Part shown: positions 33,818 through 44,233 of the stretch, one piece after another
Layout of the letters: each line of letters begins with the position of its first letter
Position numbering within the stretch: position 1 is the first letter of the stretch
DNA from: Ascoidea asiatica JCM 7603
Lineage: Eukaryota; Fungi; Ascomycota
NCBI GenBank assembly: GCA_001600695.1
Contig: BCKQ01000002.1
Span: forward strand, 103,275-167,274
Length of the DNA: 64,000 nucleotides
Direction of reading: 5' to 3'
Position numbers and translations under genes: made by a program
The notes under the pieces: generated by a model
Database searches by the model: none
Told to the model about the DNA's origin: nothing
What the model saw: the letters and a program-made list of their open reading frames with translations, nothing else

Positions 33818-35866
33818 TAATAATAGACAAACAAAGTGACTGACTGTACAGCAGTTACATACGAGACTGGTACTGGTAGTACAGTAATAACAGTAATAAT
33901 AATATTAGTAGCATTTCCAAATGGAAGAAAGTTCACACATAAAAATAAAATTCAAAGCAAATTCAAAGCAAATTCACATCAAAGGCTAACATCAAATTTG
34001 GAGATGAAAATGAACTTAAAGATTGAAGAATGGCAGTTAGAAGTTTTAGTGTTAGAATTAGTGTTAATATTAGTATTAATATTACTATTAATATTAGTAT
34101 TAATATTACTATTGGTGTTAGTGTCACTGTTTGGAATTGGCGAGTTTTGAAAGATAAAACGGATCTGGCTTACTTGTGATTTAAGTCAGTTCACTGCTCA
34201 GAGATACAGAGAGAGAGTTCACTGGACACACACACACACACAAAAGAGACCGGAAACACACCTGATAGCAATGCAATTCCAAACAGGCCCAAAGTTGTAA
34301 GTGTACAGAAGGCAACAACAGCCTACAACCAACAAGAAGGCCCGGCTCCGCGGACTCGCAAGACCCAATTCCAAGACCCGGTACTGCTAAACTGATTCCG
34401 GAATGAGATGAAACTAAAGGAAATCAAAGGGAATCAAAGGGAATCAAAGGAAAGAAAAAAAAAAAAAAGAAAGGTAAAGAAAGGAAAAGAACCTGGAAAA
34501 AGGAACTGAGAAAAAAATTTGCTCACTGCCCGTACCGATACAATTACAGTGAAATACAAGCATAATTAATAAATCACCATGACTTGAGGAGTTTGTACCA
34601 GTAACACGGAGTAACAAGAAGCCCTAAAAGCAAGTTACTCAGCTGGGATGTGCCTAGCTGCCGCCAAGGGCACCCGCCTAGACTATTTCTAGAAATTCGT
34701 CACCCTATCCTAGAAGCATCTTAAGAGTTCATTAAAAAAGCTCTCCCCTTTTCCATGAGCCACTACACATAGACCAAAGCTTCAAGGTAATCATACCAAA
34801 GTTCTAAGGAAAATCCTAAAATAAAACTGTTACTATTTCATTTTAAAAGTTCAATACTAAATATTGTTTCAAGATTGTTCTTCCAAAAAGTTAGTGATTA
34901 GACTCCGGGTAAGTTAATAAGACATTAGTGTTTAGCATGTTATTTTGTGTGAAATGTGTAATTGAGTGCTTATACTTTTAAGTGCTTATTTAAATCTATT
35001 GTAATTTTCAGAACGACTTTATTATTGCTGTATTTTAAATACTGATGTTGGAATCTGTGGCTGGAGTGTTTTTGTAATTTTGCTTCAACGTTACTCCGTT
35101 TGTGATCTGTAATTAATTACAAATTTAATTGTGAATTTAATATTTTTTGTTTGTTTATTTTGTTGTACGATCAGGATTATGATTATGATTATTTTTATAA
35201 TTATAATTATAATTACGATTGCTTTTGTGAATCAAGGGGCTGGTTGCCGGTGTTGTAAAGTTATTTAGTAGTAAGCCCTTGTAAGTTTGTAAACTTCTAA
35301 GTTGGTGAAATTGGTGGGTCTTGTGGGTCTGGAGCTCTCAGAACTGTACCGTGCGGTCCTTGGTCACCTCTTGTAATTAAGCTAATCCTGTTGGAGTGAA
35401 ACTATCCTGACACGATTGCTACAATAATACCGTAGCAGTGTAGCAAAATATGAAATTTGATCAAATTTAGTTCCCAAACCTGCGAAAATCAATTCAATTC
35501 AGATTTTGATTTTTATTAGATGAAATCCATTTACGCGCAAATTATTTCATAAATCACCTTCGCCTGATTAACACAAACACGCATTTATTCAATTCACTTA
35601 ATTCAATTAATAAATAAATTATCTAATTAATTTAATCTAACTTAATTTACCACTGAAAACTTGTTAAATTGTTTACTTAGCCTGTTAAATTGGTAGTTTG
35701 TTAACCTGTTGATACATACCCACCAGACACTACAACTTCTCATTTGTAGTGGTATGTTGAAATTCAACACTTCTCCACTGCATTTAAAATCAACAGATCG
35801 ATTGAAGTCGAGTTAAGGAATGTGCAACCGAGTCACGTGCATTTGTATTATTATGTTCTATTATTA
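33818..35866 (+). ncRNA. Candidate ~2-kb structured non-coding RNA or degenerate fold-back element
   Basis: Nested complementary blocks symmetric about ~34840. Best helix is 34345-34367 with 35315-35335 (21 bp, 3 G-U, 2-nt bulge). No credible ORF. No expression evidence. Confidence 0.5.
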
Positions 35867-35976
35867 TCATACCGGTAGGAAATATCGATCGATAGTTCTG
35901 CAAACGCTCTAAAATTACAATTTATTACTAAGTATTATTAATTACCTGTAATCAGTATTAGAAATATATTACTTTT

Positions 35977-37830
35977 TTAAACAGGTTTAGATTTTGGTCC
36001 CCAGTTTTTAGTTGGATTTTGTTGAAATCTAACAATTTTTACTTTTCTCAAATGACTTATTTTTTCACTAACTTCATTTTTTTTCCATTCAACTTTTAAT
36101 TCTTTTTCCTTTTCATTATTATTTAATTCTTTAATTTTTAAAAAATTATTTTCATTCATGATTTTATATGGAATTGAATTGAATTCAAATTTATTTAAAT
36201 TGAAATTTGGATTATTCAATTTAACATAATTTTTAAAAATTTCTAAAATTATACCCCAAGGTGCATTTGTTTTAATAGCTGAAGCTTGGGCATGGGTTAA
36301 AGAAACTTCATATCCAAAATTTCCAATTGCAGCTGCAATATCATTTAATGGAGGTAATGGACATTTTAATAATTTTGAAATACTGGATGGATTAAAATAG
36401 AATTTACTTTCAATTTCATTTAACGCAACTGTTAACATACCTTTAATTCTTTTCTTTGTCCCATAAATTTCTTCATTAAAAGTTTCTCTTTCATTAATTT
36501 CTAAGATTTTTTTAATAAAATCTTTATTATGTAACTTTCCACCCCACATTGGTCCTGATATATTGAAATAACTACCGCAATATTCACAACTACTACCAAT
36601 TGTTGGACCTTTTGAAACTCCATATTTATTTTCTTTATTTTCCCTTTTTATGATTTTTCCGATCTTTTGTTCTTCAATTCTACCACATCCATTACAATAA
36701 TAACAAATTACAATCTTTGAAGATAATTCTTTAACTAAAATTGGTGAGCTTTTAACTTTAATAAATAATCTTACGTAAAAATCAATAGATAATGATAGTA
36801 ATGGTTCAATACTTTTACCATATTTACCTGCTGTTTGACCAATCATACTTATAACTAATCTTAATGCTGATTCATGTGTTGAATCTCCTCTGATATTTAT
36901 ACCTCCATATAATGAAAAACATTTTTCAGGATAACTATTACCTGCTAAAACTGCTAAATCTGTACATGTTACTAATAACATACCATCATCTTTGATATTT
37001 TGAATTGCAGAATCTATAAATGGTGTAACTGTTCCATATGGATCTAAATCAATTATATTGAAATTCATTTTTTTACTTGTATACATATATTCATTTGCAT
37101 CCCCTAGATTACTTTCAACTTTTTTATCTTTAATATTAATATTATTATATAAAATATTTTTCTTAATTAATTCAACTGCTGTTGGTAAAACATCATTTGC
37201 AACTACCATTTCAACATTTTCAATCTCTTTAGCATATCTAATTGCTCTTAATCCCGTTGCTGATAATGCTTCAAGAATCTTTATTTTAGGTCTACTTTTA
37301 ACCTCTTTTTCTTCTCTTTCTACTTTTCCTTCATTTAATTTCTGTTTTTTATCTACATTTTCACTTTTTTTGCATATTTCTTCTACATTCTCACTGCTTT
37401 CTTTATTATCTTCTTTATTAAGTTCTTTAAATTTTCTTTTATTTACATTATTTACATTATTTTCAATTATTTGAATTTTTATATCTTCGTTCTTATCATT
37501 ATTATTATTCTTTTTATTTTTATTTTTATTTTTATACCTATTCTTATAACTATTTTTTTTCTCATATGAATTATATAATTCATCCCATGCAATTATTGAT
37601 GCAACACTTAAATCTCTGTTAAATTGTTGAACTGGATTATAAAATACTCCATTTTTTTTTGGTAATAAAATATTTGCTTTACCTTCTTTGATAATATTAT
37701 AATCTTCTAAATTAATTGATGAATTCTCTTTTTCTATTTCTTTTTCTATTTCTTTCATTTTCATTATTCTTTTTATTGAATTCAGTTTTAATACTTTCAA
37801 AGTTTTATTTGAAAAAAATGATATTTTCAT
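35977..37830 (-). CDS. TRM1: tRNA (guanine26-N2,N2)-dimethyltransferase
   Basis: VFYNPVQQFNRDLS, ILEALSATGLRAIRY, IDLDPYG, RFQQNPTKNWGPK. Confidence 0.97.
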   Translation of the reverse strand: MKISFFSNKTLKVLKLNSIKRIMKMKEIEKEIEKENSSINLEDYNIIKEGKANILLPKKNGVFYNPVQQFNRDLSVASIIAWDELYNSYEKKNSYKNRYKNKNKNKKNNNNDKNEDIKIQIIENNVNNVNKRKFKELNKEDNKESSENVEEICKKSENVDKKQKLNEGKVEREEKEVKSRPKIKILEALSATGLRAIRYAKEIENVEMVVANDVLPTAVELIKKNILYNNINIKDKKVESNLGDANEYMYTSKKMNFNIIDLDPYGTVTPFIDSAIQNIKDDGMLLVTCTDLAVLAGNSYPEKCFSLYGGINIRGDSTHESALRLVISMIGQTAGKYGKSIEPLLSLSIDFYVRLFIKVKSSPILVKELSSKIVICYYCNGCGRIEEQKIGKIIKRENKENKYGVSKGPTIGSSCEYCGSYFNISGPMWGGKLHNKDFIKKILEINERETFNEEIYGTKKRIKGMLTVALNEIESKFYFNPSSISKLLKCPLPPLNDIAAAIGNFGYEVSLTHAQASAIKTNAPWGIILEIFKNYVKLNNPNFNLNKFEFNSIPYKIMNENNFLKIKELNNNEKEKELKVEWKKNEVSEKISHLRKVKIVRFQQNPTKNWGPKSKPV

Positions 37831-38097
37831 TATAATTAATAAATTTTTAAAATTAAAATTGATAATTTAAACTAACTGACTATTTATCTGGATTACTTTA
37901 ATTGAAAAATTTGACAAATTCTTTTTCAAAATCTTAATTCTTACTAACGTATCCAACAGGTTAAAAAGTTTCTAACGTTACTACTTCCGGTCGCGTACTC
38001 TTTTCGAAACCAAAATATTGGATCTCTTACATTAACTAATATACAGTATAAATTATTATACAATTAAATAATCATTATTATTATCTTTTTAATCAAT

Positions 38098-40032
38098 TTA
38101 AATACTATCACTTTGTCTCCCAATTACTGTTAACCCTTTTCTAATATTAGCCTTTGAAGTACATTTATTATTACCAAAAACTTCCAAAATTGATAATTTG
38201 GGACATGCTTTACCTAAAAGTTCAATAACTTCATCATCAACTGAATTAACAAATCCAACATCTAAATATGTTAATAATTTAAATTTAACTCCACCATTGA
38301 TAATTTTCCAAATATTTTCACTTAATCCATATAATGAATTTAATGATAATGAGATTAATGATCTACCTGAATGATGTAAAACTTCAAAAATTCCTTCATC
38401 ACCTAATCCAATACATTTTTTCAAAGAAATATCTAATAAACCTGGATTAAGTTCCCAATTATTAAATAAAAATTTTATACTATTATCTGTAATTTGATCA
38501 AGATTATTTAATGAAAGATTTTTTAGATTTTTACCAAATGGTCTTATACCATTAATTAAAAATTCATCAAGTAAACCTGAACATCCATCAAGATTTAAAC
38601 TTTTTAAATTATCACCATTTTGTGCCATAATTTCAATTATTAATTCATCTGTTATCAATTCTTCTTTTGTAGGATATGATAATTCTAAATGTTCTAATTT
38701 AGTACAATATTCTGGTATTAATTGATAAGAAAATTTGGTATCAATTCCATCTAATCTACTTAATTTTAATGTTTGAAGATTTTCACCACATGAAACAACT
38801 AAAGCTTTTAAAGCATCGTTTCTAAATCTATGACTATTCTTAATTTCAATTGATTTTAATCTAATATTCATAGTTTCAAAAAATTTAACCCATGTATTAT
38901 TACTTATTAAAAATGCTCCATTTAATGATAAGGATTTAAGATATTTTAAATTTGTTGAATAATAATTCAAAGAGTCATCTTTTAATCTACCAACCATATT
39001 TAAAGATAATTTTTCCAAATTATAACAAAATGATCCAATAGAATGTAATTTATCATTAGAAATATTAGAACAATCATATAAAATTAATTCTTTCAAAGTA
39101 TTACTTCTTTCAAAAACAAAAGAAATTGTTTTATCATTAAGTGATCTTTTTTTTGATAAAAGATTAATAATTTTTGAAAAATTAGTTGATCCAATATCTC
39201 CTAATATATCAACATCATCAACATTTTTTGAAATTAATTTTATACATATATCTTGTAAAGAAGGTAATCTAAATTCTTGTTTATCAAGTAAAGAAGCTGC
39301 AATTTTTTTTCTTTTTTTTCTAGCAGCTATTTGATTTGATTTTTTCTTAATTTCTAAAGCTTGCTTTTTATGTGAACATTCAGGACATAAATAACCAACT
39401 TTTTCATATTTAACATAATCTTCATCTTCTTCAGTAATTTTTTTAGAAAATAAATTTATAACAAAAGAAGAATAACAAATAATGCAATGATCTTCCTGAC
39501 CAGGGCCTAATGAAACTATATTCTCATCATCATCATCTTCTTCATCAACATAACTTTCATCGTCATTGTCATCATTATTGACATCATTCTCATTATCATT
39601 ATCATTATCATCATCATCACTGGAATTAGGAATTGTATTTTTACGCTTTTTTTTCAAATCATTATTGTTTGCTAATCGTCTTTTTTTTCGTCTTGCAGCA
39701 ATTTTGATCTGTAACATTTCATCTTCTTCTTCTGATTGATTTTTATTCTCATTTTGATTTTCACTCTGAGTTTCATTTAAATCCAAATTTTCTGTTTGAT
39801 TTTGATTCTGACTTATAGAATTAGTCGAATCACTTCTTTCTATTTCTTCTAGATTTGCAGAATCTCCATTTCTATTGATTGGCCTAAATCTAGATGCACC
39901 ATCAGTTAATCCCGGAACAATTTCAGCATTAACATCTCTTTTCAAAACATCTCTTAAGAATGAAGTTAAAGCTGAATTCGGGCCTGCAACATTAGTTGGC
40001 TCCTTATCCTTTTTTCTGAAGGAATATGACAT
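38098..40032 (-). CDS. RAD7: Global-genome NER protein Rad7 (SOCS-box plus LRR)
   Basis: N-terminal VAGPNSALTSFL, LPSLQDICI, leucine-rich repeats, C-terminal LEVFGNNKCT...IGRQSD. Confidence 0.93.
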   Translation of the reverse strand: MSYSFRKKDKEPTNVAGPNSALTSFLRDVLKRDVNAEIVPGLTDGASRFRPINRNGDSANLEEIERSDSTNSISQNQNQTENLDLNETQSENQNENKNQSEEEDEMLQIKIAARRKKRRLANNNDLKKKRKNTIPNSSDDDDNDNDNENDVNNDDNDDESYVDEEDDDDENIVSLGPGQEDHCIICYSSFVINLFSKKITEEDEDYVKYEKVGYLCPECSHKKQALEIKKKSNQIAARKKRKKIAASLLDKQEFRLPSLQDICIKLISKNVDDVDILGDIGSTNFSKIINLLSKKRSLNDKTISFVFERSNTLKELILYDCSNISNDKLHSIGSFCYNLEKLSLNMVGRLKDDSLNYYSTNLKYLKSLSLNGAFLISNNTWVKFFETMNIRLKSIEIKNSHRFRNDALKALVVSCGENLQTLKLSRLDGIDTKFSYQLIPEYCTKLEHLELSYPTKEELITDELIIEIMAQNGDNLKSLNLDGCSGLLDEFLINGIRPFGKNLKNLSLNNLDQITDNSIKFLFNNWELNPGLLDISLKKCIGLGDEGIFEVLHHSGRSLISLSLNSLYGLSENIWKIINGGVKFKLLTYLDVGFVNSVDDEVIELLGKACPKLSILEVFGNNKCTSKANIRKGLTVIGRQSDSI

Positions 40033-40819
40033 TTTTTCAAGGAAAACTAGGACTCAAGAAGAAATATTTATGACTATTTTTTATTAATTTACAAAAAAGA
40101 ATTCGAGGCTTTTACTTGCTTACAATAACAATACTTGAAGAGAGATCATTCTTTTGGGAGTATTTAGTAAAATAAGTTATTCAGATTTAAATTTTCAAAA
40201 AAGTATTAGATTGATTAATTTCAATCAATATTGAGTTTTGAATTTTCAATGGAAATTTGTCTGATTAATAATTCAAAATTAACAGTGAAAGTAATATTTT
40301 TAACTAATAACTTAACGCTACTTACTGTCAGAAATATAATTAGTAATGGTGATAATATTCTCTACGGTCCAAACTCTTGGGTAAGATTTGGCTTTTGAAA
40401 AGCATAGAACACAAAGCAAACCATACTTCCAGCTGCTGAAGGCTCTAGGTTTGCGAGTGAAAAGAAACAAATAACCCTCGAAAATCAATAACTCAAAATA
40501 CCAGGTGACATTACCGGAAATAAACAATCAAAATGGGTAATTATACTTTATGTCAGCAATTGATTATTATTACCTAAGCATTCAAGGAGAACTCTTATTA
40601 CGGTACTCTACAATTTGCTTTCAAAATATGAATCCCGCAAAAGAGTTTTGCTTGACTGAGGGAGCTTGGAGGGCAAATTTTAAAAATCAGATTTTACTGA
40701 ATTTAAAGTATTTTAAAATCAAAAGCAAAACCAGAAATCAAAAATCAAAAATCAAAAATTGCCTTTTAAAATCATTAGTTCTCTTTTATCATACTAAGAC
40801 TCTATATTTTTCAAACGCA

Positions 40820-42252
40820 ATGAAGATTATATTAAAAGATTTCAAGAAGGAAAGGATTCCAATTGAAATTGAATCTTCCGAAAAGGTATGAAGTCCCCTT
40901 TTGCTACTTTTTTTTTTCAATTATTATAATCAATATAATTTAATACTATTTGATACTAAAAATAATGGACTTAATAATAGAATGTAACTAACCTTATTAT
41001 ATTTTTTTTTCTCTGATAGATATTATCCATAAAAGAGAAGTTTGCAGCTATAAAGAATATTTCCATTTCTCAAATCAAATTTATTTACTCAGGTATGTAG
41101 TCTTTAAGTTTCCTTCAATTTTTCAATTATATGCTTTCAATTAACTAACTAATTTTTCAATTAATTTTTATAGGAAAGGTTTTGCAAGATGAGAAAACTG
41201 CTGAGTTCTATAAATTGAAAGAAGACGGACAAATCATTTACATGATTTCAAAAGCCAAGAAGGCTAAAGAGACCTCTAGTTCTTCAAAATCCACTGAAAA
41301 AGCTGCTCCATCTACATCTACATCTAATACAGTTCCTATTCAATCAGTTTCAAATTCTTCAGTCATTCCCCCAATTTCTTTTACACCTACTGCTCCTACT
41401 TCTAATGTTACTCAGCCGGGTTCTACTACAAATCCTGCTCCAGTGTCTGGATCACAAAATATTTCTTCTTCATTTGTTCGAGGTGAGCAATTAGAAGCAA
41501 ATATTTCAAATATTATGGAAATGGGCTATGAAAGAGCTCAAGTGCAAGAGGCTTTAAGATGTGCTTTTAATAATCCTGAAAGAGCAGTGGAATATTTGTT
41601 GAATGGAATTCCAGAGTCTGTTAGACAAGCAAATGCTCAACAAGAACCTCCTTCCAGTATTGCACAACCATCAAATTCAACCAATTTAAATGCTTCTACT
41701 CCTGTTACTCTTGCATCCAATAACGAAACATCTAATGAAGCTACAAATCCAGGTAACAATTCAATCAATCAGAATTTGTTTGATGTTGCTGCAAGAGCTG
41801 CGGCTCCAGCTGAATCTGGTGAACCCGCTGATGAAGCTCCCGCAAATCCTGCTCTTGCTTCTCAATTAGCTTATATTAGACAAATGCTTGAAACACAACC
41901 TGAGCTACTTGAACCATATCTTCAACAAATTGCCCAAGATCATCCAGAATTAGCTGAAATGATTCAAGAAAATCCTCAACATATTTTAGAGATAATGTTA
42001 CAGAGCCTTTCCACTGAAGAATTATCAAACTTTTCTGGTTTTGAACAGGGTGAATCCCCTGAAGATGAACCAGGTGATACTCCAATGGACGAAAATAATC
42101 CTGGTGAATTTAGAGTCTATTTGACAGCTGAAGATGAACAAGCAGTTAATAGGTTGTGTGAATTAGGGTTTGATCGTTTAATGGTAATTCAAGCTTATTA
42201 TGCTTGTGATAAAAATGAAGAATTGACTGCTAATTTTTTATTTGATTCATGA
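40820..42252 (+). CDS. RAD23: UBL-UBA NER/proteasome shuttle Rad23; exons 40820-40885, 41020-41092, 41174-42252
   Basis: Spliced UBL MKIILKDFKKERIPIEIESSEK|ILSIKEKF...KFIYSG|KVLQDEKT. Introns GTATGA..AACTAAC..TAG and GTATGT..AACTAAC..TAG. UBA1 MGYERAQVQEALRCAFNNPERAVEYLL; UBA2 ACDKNEELTANFLF. Confidence 0.95.
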
Positions 42253-42520
42253 TTATTTTATTGAATTTTATATCGTAAAATCTCTTTGAAGCTACAGTTC
42301 ACTTTTTTTTTAATAGTTTGAAAAATTGAATGTAAGATAAATATATATATATTTCTAAAAATCTTGAATTGAAGAATTTTTATTCCTTTTTATTCCAAAA
42401 TATCCTATAGAGTAACTCAATATTACAATGCTAGGTAATCATTATCTGGAACTTTTTTGCTTTTATTGTGTTTCTTACATTTTAAAATTGCTCAAAATTA
42501 TGTAGATATTATCCAATTTT

Positions 42521-42595
42521 TCTATTATTCTATTATTCTATTATTCTATTATTCTATTATCTATTATTCTATTATCTATTATTCTATTATCTATA
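42521..42595. repeat. Minisatellite of CTATTATT/CTATTAT units (about 9-10 copies)
   Basis: Seen directly between the convergent RAD23 and decarboxylase 3' ends. Confidence 0.9.
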
Positions 42596-42661
42596 AATTG
42601 AATCTAAATCTAAAATAAAAAATGAATAACTATTAATTTATAACAATTAAAATTAAGCCAT

Positions 42662-44233
42662 TTAACCTGATGTAAAAGAAGAATATTCATCTCCAACGTG
42701 TTCAAAATCTAATATTAATTGGTCAATGAATTCTGTTGTTAATCTAGGGTTGATGAAAACTATTCGGAAAAATTCTCCTTCGTTTTTTAAATCTTCAACA
42801 GGTGGGGCAAAATCAATTAGATATTTTCCCAATTGATGAAATCTGTGAACAATCCAACGTGTTTCTTCTGTATGATTAGTTTCTTCAAAGACTTTCGAAG
42901 GTGAAAAATAGAAGCAAACTTGTAAACATGGAGGCATTTCAATCCCCGAACCCAGATCTTTAAAACAATTGATTACTTTAAACTTTTCATTCTTTGATAT
43001 TTTAATAAAAAAATAATTTGCAATTGTGTAAGAACTGTCCAATCTTTGCTCAAATCCACCTCTACCATAATAGTTCCAAGAAAGATAGAATTTTAAAGAA
43101 TCTGCTCGTCTTCCACACCCCATTGTTCCTTCAGCTAAGTTGAAAGATTCTTCAAAATCAGAGTTATTTTCTTCAAGTGTTTCATTGTGAAATAAATATG
43201 GAGCATCCAAAGAATTAGCTTGAAAAAACAAACTATAATTTTTTAATAAAAGAAAAGAGCAAGTAGTTGGAACACCCAATTGTTTATGAGGAGAAGCAGT
43301 GATTGAATTAGCTAAATATGAGCCTTTTAATCTATGTCTTAATTTTTTAGAAAAAATAAAATTAGCACCCCAAGATCCATCAATATGATACCATAATTTA
43401 TATTTTAAACAAACTTTACTGATTTCTTCAAATGGATCAAAAGATCCATATACTGTTGTTCCTGCAGTTGCATTAACATAAAAGGGAGTAAATCCATTTT
43501 CTAATGATTCCAAAATAGCTTTTTCGAGCGATGAAACTAACATTTCACCATTTGAATTAACATCGACCTTAAATACAGAATTAACTCCCAAGCCTAAAAG
43601 CATTGCCGCTTTTTCAACACTATAATGAGAGTGCTTTGACGTAAAAACTGCAAATTTCTTATAATTACCTTTTATTTTTGTTTCAGGAAATAAGATACTT
43701 CTTGCAATTTGCATACCTGAGATATTCGACCAAGCACCACCGGAAAATGTTAAACCTCCACAATTTCTTGTGTTTTCATTCCCTTCATTATAATCGTAGA
43801 ATAATTTCGCATATTGATGACCGATTTGTTTTTCAACAATAGTTAAAAAAGGAGAAACAGTAAAAACATGGGAATTTGTGTTTAAAATTGATAGAATGAG
43901 ATCTGAAATAACACCAATTGGATTGTTTGAACTGTATAATTTATCTAAAAATCCAAGACTCCAGGTATTTACACTATTTTCTAATATATTATCTACACAA
44001 GAAGAAAATTTCTTCAAATCTAAAGTATCTTTTTCATTTAGATAAGAATACCCAAAACCTTCCTCTGGGAATTGAATTTTTTTATTTAGAATCAATTTTT
44101 CTTCGAATAGAGAAGGATTAGGAACTCTTCTACCAACACTATCTGAATTTTTAACAAAGTTTACAATTTTTCCATGTGTTTCATTGAGTAAAACATCTAA
44201 AATTTGATAGTTTTTACTATCAATATTTGGCAT
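42662..44233 (-). CDS. Group II PLP-dependent decarboxylase (GAD67/CSAD/aspartate decarboxylase-like)
   Basis: FLDKLYS, HYSVEKAA, NATAGTTVYGSFDP, HIDGSWG, PLP lysine in SPHKQLGVP, GCGRRADSLK. Confidence 0.88.
   Translation of the reverse strand: MPNIDSKNYQILDVLLNETHGKIVNFVKNSDSVGRRVPNPSLFEEKLILNKKIQFPEEGFGYSYLNEKDTLDLKKFSSCVDNILENSVNTWSLGFLDKLYSSNNPIGVISDLILSILNTNSHVFTVSPFLTIVEKQIGHQYAKLFYDYNEGNENTRNCGGLTFSGGAWSNISGMQIARSILFPETKIKGNYKKFAVFTSKHSHYSVEKAAMLLGLGVNSVFKVDVNSNGEMLVSSLEKAILESLENGFTPFYVNATAGTTVYGSFDPFEEISKVCLKYKLWYHIDGSWGANFIFSKKLRHRLKGSYLANSITASPHKQLGVPTTCSFLLLKNYSLFFQANSLDAPYLFHNETLEENNSDFEESFNLAEGTMGCGRRADSLKFYLSWNYYGRGGFEQRLDSSYTIANYFFIKISKNEKFKVINCFKDLGSGIEMPPCLQVCFYFSPSKVFEETNHTEETRWIVHRFHQLGKYLIDFAPPVEDLKNEGEFFRIVFINPRLTTEFIDQLILDFEHVGDEYSSFTSG

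Noticed and set aside
33918-33933. Extra long-range helix with 35734-35746
   Set aside because: It needs two bulges and is outcompeted by the local CACTACAA/TTGTAGTG hairpin, so it was not counted as support
33836-34150. 104-aa GTG-start ORF with a hydrophobic tail
   Set aside because: No ATG start; the tail derives from a TTAGTA/TTAATA-type repeat; it lies in the left arm of the fold-back
34226-34242. (CA)n run as a telomeric or template sequence
   Set aside because: Pure dinucleotide microsatellite next to a (GA)n run; no CCC-containing pattern
35832-35960. GTCACGTG followed by AT-rich DNA as a point centromere
   Set aside because: No CDEIII CCGAA at the proper spacing; more likely a Cbf1-type E-box (others near 9019, 50024, 58172)
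40550-40819. Upstream 90 codons of track ORF 40550-40891
   Set aside because: Only the last 22 sense codons before the splice site are RAD23 exon 1; the UBL domain starts at the ATG at 40820
42521-42595. Tandem repeat as a CRISPR or interstitial telomere
   Set aside because: No spacers, eukaryotic context, and no G-rich strand
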